From an uncultured Clostridia bacterium (GTDB taxonomy: Bacteria > Bacillota > Clostridia > Oscillospirales > Ruminococcaceae), in assembly GCA_947626755.1 (NCBI GenBank), contig CANQTP010000008.1, forward strand, positions 14,786 to 78,785: a stretch of 64,000 nucleotides of DNA. The letters are read 5' to 3'. Of the stretch, positions 10,467 to 18,637 are shown piece after piece (position 1 is the first letter of the stretch; the number at the start of each line of letters is the position of its first letter). The notes beneath the pieces are model-generated. The model made no database searches, had not been told where the DNA came from, and worked only from the letters and a program-made list of their open reading frames with translations. The position numbers and the translations under genes are program-made.

Positions 10467-11453
10467 ATGAAATATAAGATCAACTGGGCAGGCGGAGACG
10501 GCGTTTTCGCAGTTCCCGATGCAGCCGCCGACTTTCTGAAACTTGCAAACGGCAAGGCTGTGAAAGTCCTGCTTTACATATTAAAGAACAAGCTTTCCGA
10601 GATCGACCTTTCCGCTGTGGGTGAAGCTGTAGGTGCTTCCGCGGACGATGTGGAGGACGCGCTTTCCTACTGGCAGCAGGTGGGTATCATCTATCCCGAC
10701 GGCAGCGGATCCGCCGAAATACATTCTCCAAAGCCCGTAAAGTCAACCGCCTTGACACATCAGGCGGATACTGTTTCCGCAAAGCTTGAACATGAACGCA
10801 GTATCAAAAAGCTTTCCGCTGCCGAGATCGCCGACAGGATGAACAGTTCGGAAAGCATAAGTTTCCTGTTCAGGTCAGCCGAAACTTCCCTCGGACGTCT
10901 CCTTAACCACACCGAACAGCAGACGCTTATCTGGCTCCACGACTACTACGGCATTGCTCCCGACATTCTTGTTATGATAATCGACCTTGCAAGACAGATC
11001 AACAAGGCAAGCATAGGATATATTGAAAAAACTGCCGTAAACTGGTACGAAAAAGGCATCACCACACACGAACAGGCGTCAATGGAAGTAATTAACATAC
11101 AGAATTATTTCTCGCTTGAAGGACAAGTTTCCGCAAAGCTGAAGCTGAAACGGGCATTTACAGCGTCCGAAAGCAAGTATATCAAGGACTGGGCGAGCAA
11201 AAACATCTCCATTGATCTTATTGTTTACGCATATGAAAGAATGATAGATACCATCGGAGAGGTAAAATTCAGCTACATGAACAAGATACTAATTTCATGG
11301 TACGAAAAGGGTATAAATACCGTCCGTGAAGCGCAGAACGAGTCCGAAAAGAAGCCGAAAAAGGCTTCGGCAGACAGCGGCGGACATTCTTACGATCTTA
11401 ACAGGATAATGGAACACGCCATGAACAATTCTCCTAAAATAAGAAAAAATTAA
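10467..11453 (+). CDS. DnaD-domain replication initiation protein
   Basis: Two DnaD-like repeats (..NWYEKGITT.. and ..SWYEKGINT..). Precedes a helicase-loader gene. Confidence 0.7.
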   Translation: MKYKINWAGGDGVFAVPDAAADFLKLANGKAVKVLLYILKNKLSEIDLSAVGEAVGASADDVEDALSYWQQVGIIYPDGSGSAEIHSPKPVKSTALTHQADTVSAKLEHERSIKKLSAAEIADRMNSSESISFLFRSAETSLGRLLNHTEQQTLIWLHDYYGIAPDILVMIIDLARQINKASIGYIEKTAVNWYEKGITTHEQASMEVINIQNYFSLEGQVSAKLKLKRAFTASESKYIKDWASKNISIDLIVYAYERMIDTIGEVKFSYMNKILISWYEKGINTVREAQNESEKKPKKASADSGGHSYDLNRIMEHAMNNSPKIRKN

Positions 11454-11466
11454 GGAGGCAGGATCA

Positions 11467-12456
11467 ATGCCATACAGCAAAAGGATATGCGAAAAAGCCG
11501 AAAATATCATAAAAGAGCGTGAACTCCGCGCGGAGCAGGATCTTGAAAGACGAAAGGCGGAAGCGGAGCGCATGATCCCCGAAATTGCCGAGATCAATGC
11601 CCGGATCGCGCAGACAAGCGCGGAGCTGACGAAAGTTATACTGCAAAGAGGGAAAAATTACAAGGAAAATTTTGAAAGGATAAAGGAACGCAATTTGCAG
11701 GGACAGCAGATGATAAAAGAACTGCTGAAAAGCCATAACATTCCCGAAGACTATTTAAAGCCGAAATACTTCTGCGGGATATGCAGCGATACGGGATATG
11801 ACGGCGTAAAGCGCTGTAAATGCTACAACGAACTTCTCAGCAGGCTGGCGGTGGAGGAGCTGAACTCCGAAGCAAATATGCCCGACTGCGATTTTGAACA
11901 TTTCTCACTGGAATACTATAAAGGAAAGACCGATGATAACGGCATGGACTGCTACCGCAAGATGTCCGAAAATCTCAGTGTATGCAAGGAATACGCGGAA
12001 CTTTTCTCCCTTGATTCCCCGAGCCTGCTGTTCATAGGCATGACGGGACTCGGGAAAACGCATCTTTCCCTTGCAATTGCAAAAGAAGTGGCAAAGAAAG
12101 GCTTCTCCGCGGCTTACGGATCCCTGCTGAACTATCTTAGAGTCATAGAAAACGAACATTTCGGGCGCGGGAAAGACCCCGATTCCGACACCATGCAGAC
12201 CCTTATCGACTCGGATCTGCTGGTGCTTGACGATCTCGGCTCGGAATTCCGCTCGGGATTCTATGAATCCACACTCTACAATATAATAAACTCCCGCATG
12301 AATCTGGGACGTCCCACCATCATCAGCACCAACCTTTCCCCCGCCGAACTCCAGAAAAATTACAACGACCGCATGATCTCAAGAATTTTCGGCGGATTCG
12401 TCACCATCATGTTCGTCGGGGAAGATATACGCATGATAAAGAATCTGAAAGGATAA
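11467..12456 (+). CDS. DnaI/DnaC-like helicase loader (AAA+ ATPase)
   Basis: N-terminal Cys cluster CGICSDTGYDGVKRCKC, Walker A GMTGLGKTHL, Walker B LLVLDDLG. AAGGAGG SD. Confidence 0.8.
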   Translation: MPYSKRICEKAENIIKERELRAEQDLERRKAEAERMIPEIAEINARIAQTSAELTKVILQRGKNYKENFERIKERNLQGQQMIKELLKSHNIPEDYLKPKYFCGICSDTGYDGVKRCKCYNELLSRLAVEELNSEANMPDCDFEHFSLEYYKGKTDDNGMDCYRKMSENLSVCKEYAELFSLDSPSLLFIGMTGLGKTHLSLAIAKEVAKKGFSAAYGSLLNYLRVIENEHFGRGKDPDSDTMQTLIDSDLLVLDDLGSEFRSGFYESTLYNIINSRMNLGRPTIISTNLSPAELQKNYNDRMISRIFGGFVTIMFVGEDIRMIKNLKG

Positions 12457-12514
12457 AATAAACAGGCAATTATTATGCAAAATAACAATATTTTTATTTT
12501 GTTATAAAAAATTA

Positions 12515-12543
12515 TTGATTTTTTGGAGTAAATGTTGTATAAT
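12515..12543 (+). promoter_or_regulatory. sigma-A type promoter upstream of cheV
   Basis: TTGATT, 17-nt spacer, TATAAT. Confidence 0.5.
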
Positions 12544-12619
12544 GTAAACTAAGGATTTATGTCTGCATAAGAACGGCGATTTCTTTTGCGGCGTCCCAGA
12601 TCGGAGGAGGTTTTTTCTC

Positions 12620-13534
12620 ATGAATACAAATATTTTGCTTGAAAGCGGAACCAACGAACTTGAACTGCTTGAATTTCAGGTGGGCGACAATAACTTTGGC
12701 ATAAATATCTCCAAAGTTGTTGAGATCATGATAAATCAGGACGTTACGCCTGTTCCTAACGCCCCGGAAGAAGTGGAGGGCGTGTTTATCCCACGTGATA
12801 AACTGATCTCCGTTATTGATCTGCATAAGGTCATTCATGTTCCCCATGAAAACTCCGGAAAGGAAATATTCATTATCTGCGAATTCAACCGCATGAACGT
12901 TGCTTTCCACGTTACAAAAGTAAAAGGCATACAGAGAATATCGTGGTCTGAGATCTCCGATCCCCCCGCTGTTGCAAACGGCACGGGAAGCGATGCTGTA
13001 GGTCTTTCCACAGGCGTTGCAAAGATAGACGACAGGATAATCATTATCCTCGACTTTGAAAAGATCGTTGCCGCTCTCAACAAGAACGTAGGTCTGGATC
13101 TGGAAGGCATCGAAAACGCTCTCCGTCCCAACGAAGCAGTGGGCAACAAGAGAATTGTCGTTGCGGACGATTCCAAATTCCTCAATAAGATGATAACCGA
13201 GTCCCTCAATAACATAGGTTTCCATAATATAGTATCCTTCGGAAACGGCGAGGACGCCTGGAATTACATATCCCAGTTCAAGGACAGCACAGACGTTACT
13301 TCTCATATCGCCTGCGTTATCAGCGATATTGAAATGCCTAAGATGGACGGCCACAGGCTCACAAAGCTTATCAAGGACGATAATACCCTTAAAAAGATAC
13401 CTGTACTGCTGTTCTCCTCCCTCATAAACGAACAGATGATAGCCAAGGGAAAAACTGTCGGCGCGGACGGTCAGTTCTCCAAGCCACAGATAACCGAACT
13501 CATAAACTACCTTACCGCTCTGCTTTCTCATTGA
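12620..13534 (+). CDS. cheV: chemotaxis protein CheV (CheW domain + receiver domain)
   Basis: N-terminal CheW-like region (ELLEFQVGDNNFGINISKV), C-terminal receiver (VVADDS..ISDIEMPKMDG..SS). GGAGGAGG SD. Confidence 0.85.
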   Translation: MNTNILLESGTNELELLEFQVGDNNFGINISKVVEIMINQDVTPVPNAPEEVEGVFIPRDKLISVIDLHKVIHVPHENSGKEIFIICEFNRMNVAFHVTKVKGIQRISWSEISDPPAVANGTGSDAVGLSTGVAKIDDRIIIILDFEKIVAALNKNVGLDLEGIENALRPNEAVGNKRIVVADDSKFLNKMITESLNNIGFHNIVSFGNGEDAWNYISQFKDSTDVTSHIACVISDIEMPKMDGHRLTKLIKDDNTLKKIPVLLFSSLINEQMIAKGKTVGADGQFSKPQITELINYLTALLSH

Positions 13535-13553
13535 CATAAAAAGGTAATATAAA

Positions 13554-13710
13554 ATAGCATTAAATGATAAACAAAAGACAGGACGAGCCCTGATCTTTCA
13601 GGCAGGATCTTATGTTTTATCACTTATGCAAGCGATGATCGGGAGACCGTGTTCAAAGAAGCTGTTGTATGCTTCAGAAGCAATACGGTCTCAAGGTATT
13701 TACAGGCAAT
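13554..13710 (+). pseudogene. decayed 5' fragment of a fourth TIR-domain paralog
   Basis: Aligns by eye to 13744-13935 of the next gene. ATG has become ATA, an internal stretch is replaced or shortened, a 1-nt deletion sits in the GTTTTTATCA run, and the copy is truncated after the GLRVF-equivalent codons. Confidence 0.7.
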
Positions 13711-13745
13711 GTATTTCAGAATAAACATATCAGGAGTAGGATAGT

Positions 13746-15410
13746 ATGGCATTAGATGATAAACAAAAAATGGAAAGAGCCGAGTATCTTGGAAATAATC
13801 TCAAAGTAACGGAGTGTTCCCGCGGAGAACATTACGTTTTTATCAGTTACGCAAGCGATGACTGGGAGACCGTGTTCAAAAAGGCTGTCGTACCGCTTCA
13901 GGAGCAGTACGGTCTGCGGGTGTTTGCGGATAAGGCTTTTGACAAGGTAAATGACAAGTGGATCGTTCCAATGCTGAGAAATGTGCGCGGCTCAGATCTG
14001 ATGATCGCTTTTGTAAGCCAGAAATACATTGAAAGCTATGCTTGCTTTCTGGAGATCCTCACTGCCGTAAACAGCAGGAAGCAGATCATTTTTGTTGCGC
14101 TTGAAAATGATCTGCGTATCGGCGCAAGCGATGAACAGCCTGCCATAGAACGGGGCGCAAAGATCGAACTTCTTAACCAAGGCGCAAATATCACTACTAT
14201 CACAAACAATACTTCAAATGACATTCTGCGCGCTATGAAATCCGCTTTTACAAGCATTTCAACATTTATCGAGCAGGATTCGCTGTCAAAATACGATATT
14301 TCGGACGCGTTTATCAACTTTTTCCGCGATGCTGCCATAAATAAGAAAACAATAAACGATCTTATTGCGCTCCAAAGCACTATAAGATCAGTAAGCAAGA
14401 ATGTTTTTGCATTTGATGCACAACCTGCCGATATACCTGCTGCACCGCAGGATACATATTTTACCCTGCCCGATGCACCCTCTCCGACTGCACCCGCACC
14501 GACTGCACCCGCACCGACTGCGCCTGCTCCGACCGCGCCGCAGGAAACGTCTGTTCCCCTGACCGATGCACCCGCTCCGAATGAACAGCCTGCCGAATAC
14601 ACGCAGGCAAACAGATCGTACAATGACGGCGGAATACAGCCTGCCGCAGTTTATCCCGCAGCAGTACAAAACAATGAAAAACTCAAAAGAATAGCTATTA
14701 TATCGGTACTGAGCTTTCTGGTCGTTCTGTTGGCGATATTATTAATAGTATCATTATCCAAAAAGCCGGCAGATGATATACCCGCATCGGCAGAAGTATC
14801 CGAAACAACAGCGGCAGAAATAACAGAAGCTGCCACAGAGGAAGCAAAGCCTGAAAATGGTTCTTACACCGACGAGGAAGGGAACTATTATGAAGGCGAT
14901 CTGTTAAACGGCATACCCAACGGTCAGGGTACTATGACATATACAAACGGCGATGTATATACAGGCGAATGGAAAGACGGTTTAAAAAGCGGTCAGGGGA
15001 CTATAACATATGCAAGCGGTACTGTATATGAAGGCGAGTGGAAAGATGACAAAAGAAACGGTCAGGGTACTTACACATGGGCAAGCGGCAATATATACGT
15101 CGGCGAATTTAAAGATAATGTCAGAAACGGTCATGGTACTGTAACATGGACAGACGGTACTGTATATGAAGGCGAATGGAAAGATGATAAAGCAAACGGT
15201 CAGGGTACTATGACATATGCAGAGGGCGATGTATATGAGGGCGAATGGAAAGATGACAATAAAAACGGTCAGGGTATTTATACATTTGCAAACGGCGATA
15301 TATATGAAGGCGAATGGAAAGATGACAGTAAAAACGGTCATGGTACTTACATATTTGCAAATGGTGAAGTCTGGTCGGGACAGTGGGAAAACGGCGAATT
15401 TATAGGCTGA
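13746..15410 (+). CDS. TIR-domain protein, single TM helix, C-terminal MORN repeats (paralog 1)
   Basis: YVFISYASDDWE, GLRVFADKAF and DLMIAFVSQKYIESYACFLEIL give a TIR_2-like pattern with Glu103. TM at about aa 316-336. Eight YxGEWKDxxxNGxG MORN units. AGGAG SD. Confidence 0.8.
   Translation: MALDDKQKMERAEYLGNNLKVTECSRGEHYVFISYASDDWETVFKKAVVPLQEQYGLRVFADKAFDKVNDKWIVPMLRNVRGSDLMIAFVSQKYIESYACFLEILTAVNSRKQIIFVALENDLRIGASDEQPAIERGAKIELLNQGANITTITNNTSNDILRAMKSAFTSISTFIEQDSLSKYDISDAFINFFRDAAINKKTINDLIALQSTIRSVSKNVFAFDAQPADIPAAPQDTYFTLPDAPSPTAPAPTAPAPTAPAPTAPQETSVPLTDAPAPNEQPAEYTQANRSYNDGGIQPAAVYPAAVQNNEKLKRIAIISVLSFLVVLLAILLIVSLSKKPADDIPASAEVSETTAAEITEAATEEAKPENGSYTDEEGNYYEGDLLNGIPNGQGTMTYTNGDVYTGEWKDGLKSGQGTITYASGTVYEGEWKDDKRNGQGTYTWASGNIYVGEFKDNVRNGHGTVTWTDGTVYEGEWKDDKANGQGTMTYAEGDVYEGEWKDDNKNGQGIYTFANGDIYEGEWKDDSKNGHGTYIFANGEVWSGQWENGEFIG
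14487..14540 (+). repeat. 15-bp coding tandem repeat (TAPAP linker), about 3.6 copies
   Basis: ACTGCACCCGCACCG appears twice, followed by diverged copies. Encodes PTAPAPTAPAPTAPAPTAP. Confidence 0.85.
14883..15395 (+). repeat. 69-bp periodic coding repeats (MORN units)
   Basis: Recurrent TATGAAGGCGAATGGAAAGATGA...AACGGTCAGGGTAC blocks with a 23-codon period. Confidence 0.8.
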
Positions 15411-15508
15411 TCCCCCATATTAAAGCAAACGGCATTAAAAATCACATAATTTGTTAATTTACAAAATATCTGCTTTATTGCAGTTAAAAATTATTAGGAG
15501 TAACAAAA

Positions 15509-17143
15509 ATGGCATTAACTAATGCTCAGAAGATCGAACGAGCAAACTATCTTGAAAAAAATCTTACCGTAACGGAATGTTCTTCCGGAGAACCGTATGT
15601 ATTCATCAGTTACGCAAGCGATAACTGGGAAACTGTATTCAAGGGCGGCGTTGTGCCCCTTCAGAAACAATACGGTCTGAGAGTGTTTGCGGATAAGGCT
15701 TTTGACAAGGTAAACGATAAATGGATCGTTCCTATGCTGAGAAATATACGCGGCGCGGATCTGATGATAGCTTTCGTCAGTCAGAGCTACATAGAAAGCT
15801 ATGCTTGCTTTCTGGAACTTCTTACTGCTATAAACAGCAAGAAACAGATAATATTCGTTTCTCTTGACAATGATCTGCACGTATGCACAAATAATGAAAT
15901 GCCCGCCATCGAACGCGGGGTAAAAAACGAGCTTCTTAACCAAGGCGCAAATATAATTACAAGCACAAACAATACTTCAAATGACATCATGCGTGCCATA
16001 AAGTTCGCCTTTACAAGCATTTCAACATTTATCGAGCAGGATTCACTTTCAAAATACGATATTTCGGACGCATTTATCAATTTCTTCGATGATGCTTCCA
16101 TTAACAGGAAAACTATCGACGATCTGAATGCTCTTCAAAGCACGATCCGTTCCATCAGTGAGGGCGTTTTCAGAAACGCTGATGAGGAAATTGTCGAGCC
16201 TGCCGCAGTTGAGGAACTCCCGCAGGAAAATGATATTTCCGACATAACAGAAAATAATTCAGGCACTGCATTTTCGGGAGAAATTGCTGCCGACAGCGGA
16301 AAGACAAAGAAAATAATTATCATATCCGCGGCGGCTCTTGCGGTTATCATACTTGCAATATTACTGATAGTATCGTTTTCCGGAGGATCATCGGAAGATG
16401 ACGAACTTTCCGCATCTGTGAGCGAGATCACTTCATCGGCGGCAATATCATCATTTACGCTGCCTGTGTCCGAAACAACAACGGAGATAAAAAAAGAAAA
16501 AGGCTCTTTTACCAATGAAAACGGAGATCTCTACGAAGGCGAAATGCTGGACGGGATCCCAAACGGTCAGGGTACTATGAAATACGCAGACGGCACAGTT
16601 TATGAAGGAAACTGGATCGACGGCAAAAGAGAAGGTACGGGTTCTTACGGCGGAGCAGATCCGAGCGGTGTGGAGTTCATCTATTCGGGCGACTGGGAAA
16701 ATGACGAGAGAAACGGTCAGGGCACCGAAACATGGGTCAACGGCGAGTCCTACACGGGAAACTGGGCGGACGGCATGAAAAACGGCAAAGGAACTACAAC
16801 ATATGCAAACGGTGACGTTTACGAAGGTGAGTACAAGAACGGCGTAATAAACGGTCAGGGTACTTACATCTGGGCAAACGGCGACATATACGAAGGCGAG
16901 TTCAGAGACAATATCAAAAACGGTCACGGCACTATGACATTTGCCGACGGAGATGCTTTTGAAGGCGAATTCATAAACGGCGACATTTACCAAGGCACCT
17001 ATACAGGAAAAGACACCGACGGGTTAAGCTTTGTTTACGAAGGCGAATTCAGCAGCGGTCTCCCCAACGGTCAGGGCACCTGCACATGGGAGGACGGCAA
17101 TGTAAAATCAGGAACATGGAAAAACGGCGTTTTTATAAGCTGA
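15509..17143 (+). CDS. TIR-domain protein, single TM helix, C-terminal MORN repeats (paralog 2)
   Basis: N-terminal 220 aa collinear with paralog 1 (YVFISYASDNWE..ESYACFLELL). TM at about aa 268-290, flanked by KTKK on the N side and SSEDDE on the C side. MORN units are less regular. Confidence 0.8.
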   Translation: MALTNAQKIERANYLEKNLTVTECSSGEPYVFISYASDNWETVFKGGVVPLQKQYGLRVFADKAFDKVNDKWIVPMLRNIRGADLMIAFVSQSYIESYACFLELLTAINSKKQIIFVSLDNDLHVCTNNEMPAIERGVKNELLNQGANIITSTNNTSNDIMRAIKFAFTSISTFIEQDSLSKYDISDAFINFFDDASINRKTIDDLNALQSTIRSISEGVFRNADEEIVEPAAVEELPQENDISDITENNSGTAFSGEIAADSGKTKKIIIISAAALAVIILAILLIVSFSGGSSEDDELSASVSEITSSAAISSFTLPVSETTTEIKKEKGSFTNENGDLYEGEMLDGIPNGQGTMKYADGTVYEGNWIDGKREGTGSYGGADPSGVEFIYSGDWENDERNGQGTETWVNGESYTGNWADGMKNGKGTTTYANGDVYEGEYKNGVINGQGTYIWANGDIYEGEFRDNIKNGHGTMTFADGDAFEGEFINGDIYQGTYTGKDTDGLSFVYEGEFSSGLPNGQGTCTWEDGNVKSGTWKNGVFIS

Positions 17144-17182
17144 TAAAATAACTCACAGAACACAAAACGGAGGTAATTTAAA

Positions 17183-18472
17183 ATGGCACTGAGCGAAGAG
17201 CAAAAGAAAGAACGATCAGAATATCTTAATGAACACCTGAAAATTACAAAATTTGATGACGAAAAACAATATGTGTTTATAAGCTATGCAAGCGACAACT
17301 GGGAGGTCGTGTTCAAGAATGTAGTAGTACCGCTTCAGGAGCAATACGGTCTGAGAGTATATGCAGATAAGGCTTTCGATCATGAGAATAACAAGTGGAC
17401 CACATCTATGCTCAGAAATATACTCTACTCGGATCTGATGATAGCATTTTTCAGTCAGAAATACATAGAAAGCTATGCTTGCTTTCTGGAACTTCTCACG
17501 GCTGTAAATAACAAAAAACAGATAGTTTTTGTTTTTATCGACAACGATCTGCGTAATGGAGATACCGCCGATAAGCCTGTCATTGAATCGAACGTCAAGA
17601 AAGAGATACACAAACAAGGCAACGTCCTTACCATAAAAACAGATAATACTTCAAATGATATTATGCGGGCTATGGTATCCGCTTACACAAATATTTCTTC
17701 GCTTTTACAGCAGGATTCGCTGTCAAAATATGATATTTCCGATGCTTTTATAAACTTTTTACGTGATGCATCTATCAACCAAAAAAATATATATGACATG
17801 AATGCGCTGAAAAATACTATTATGTCTGTAAGTGAAAGTGTTTTTGCGCCTGTTGAGCATTATCTGTCGGAGCCGGAAGATAATGTTCAGGATATAAAGG
17901 AAATCGCATCTGATCCGATGCCTGAAAACACCAATAATGAGCAGGAGCCTGCAATAAATGATAAAATTATCGGAAAATGCCCCTTCTGCGGAAAAAATGT
18001 ATATGAAGAAAACGAAAAATATTTCTCCTGTGAGGACGAAAAAGAAGGCTGTAAATTTAAAATATGGAAACACAGCGACTATTACCTAACCGATATTACC
18101 CGTGATCTTGCAAGAACGCTCCTTGAAGGAAAACCTGTCACGCGTGTTGAGAAAAAAAATAATAGTGAATTTGAATATGTTCTTGACAAGGAAAACGGCA
18201 AATTGATAAAAGTGTTTTATGGAAAATGTCACGTATGCGGGAAAAATGTATATGAACACGAAAAAGATTTCTCCTGTAATGGCAAAAAAGACGGCTGTGT
18301 TAAAATATGGAAACACAACAATGATTACCGAACCGATATTACCCGTGATCTTGCAAGGACACTTCTTGAAGGAAAAACGATCAAGCTGGAAAAAATAAAT
18401 GATGGCAAAATTTATGAAACTGAAATTATACTTGATCCAACAACAGGCAGCCTTAAACAAATTTCAAAGTAA
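17183..18472 (+). CDS. TIR-domain protein with two C-terminal C4 zinc-ribbon repeats of topoisomerase C-terminal-repeat type (paralog 3)
   Basis: Same N-terminal module. No TM helix. Two copies of CxxCGKNVYE..FSC..GC.KIWKH...TDITRDLARTLLEGK. GGAGG SD. Confidence 0.75.
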   Translation: MALSEEQKKERSEYLNEHLKITKFDDEKQYVFISYASDNWEVVFKNVVVPLQEQYGLRVYADKAFDHENNKWTTSMLRNILYSDLMIAFFSQKYIESYACFLELLTAVNNKKQIVFVFIDNDLRNGDTADKPVIESNVKKEIHKQGNVLTIKTDNTSNDIMRAMVSAYTNISSLLQQDSLSKYDISDAFINFLRDASINQKNIYDMNALKNTIMSVSESVFAPVEHYLSEPEDNVQDIKEIASDPMPENTNNEQEPAINDKIIGKCPFCGKNVYEENEKYFSCEDEKEGCKFKIWKHSDYYLTDITRDLARTLLEGKPVTRVEKKNNSEFEYVLDKENGKLIKVFYGKCHVCGKNVYEHEKDFSCNGKKDGCVKIWKHNNDYRTDITRDLARTLLEGKTIKLEKINDGKIYETEIILDPTTGSLKQISK

Positions 18473-18493
18473 TTGAATTTTTGCAATATGCTT

Positions 18494-18527
18494 GTCCCCC
18501 GATGAATTTCGGGGGACATTTTTATTT
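18494..18527 (+). terminator. rho-independent terminator closing the TIR array
   Basis: GTCCCCC, GATGAATTTC loop, GGGGGAC, then ATTTTTATTT. Confidence 0.75.
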
Positions 18528-18637
18528 ATTCCGCTGATTTTTTGCTTTGTCCCATAATCGACAGTTTTTTATGCCCGTACAATGTATAATTAATGACGTG
18601 GACAACATAAAAAATATTTTCGGAACGGCGGTATCAA

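Noticed and set aside
12557-13537. 326-aa ORF on the - strand
   Set aside because: It is antisense to cheV, which shows CheW and receiver motifs and a strong SD.
14036-14623. 195-aa - strand ORF with GAGAV repeats
   Set aside because: It is antisense to TIR paralog 1. Its repeats are the reverse-complement reading of the TAPAP coding repeat.
13746-18472. Classical Thoeris system
   Set aside because: There are TIR (ThsB-like) genes only. No ThsA-type SIR2/SLOG/macro effector is adjacent, and the macro gene at 42.3 kb is 24 kb away inside a different island. I therefore report it as an orphan TIR array rather than Thoeris.
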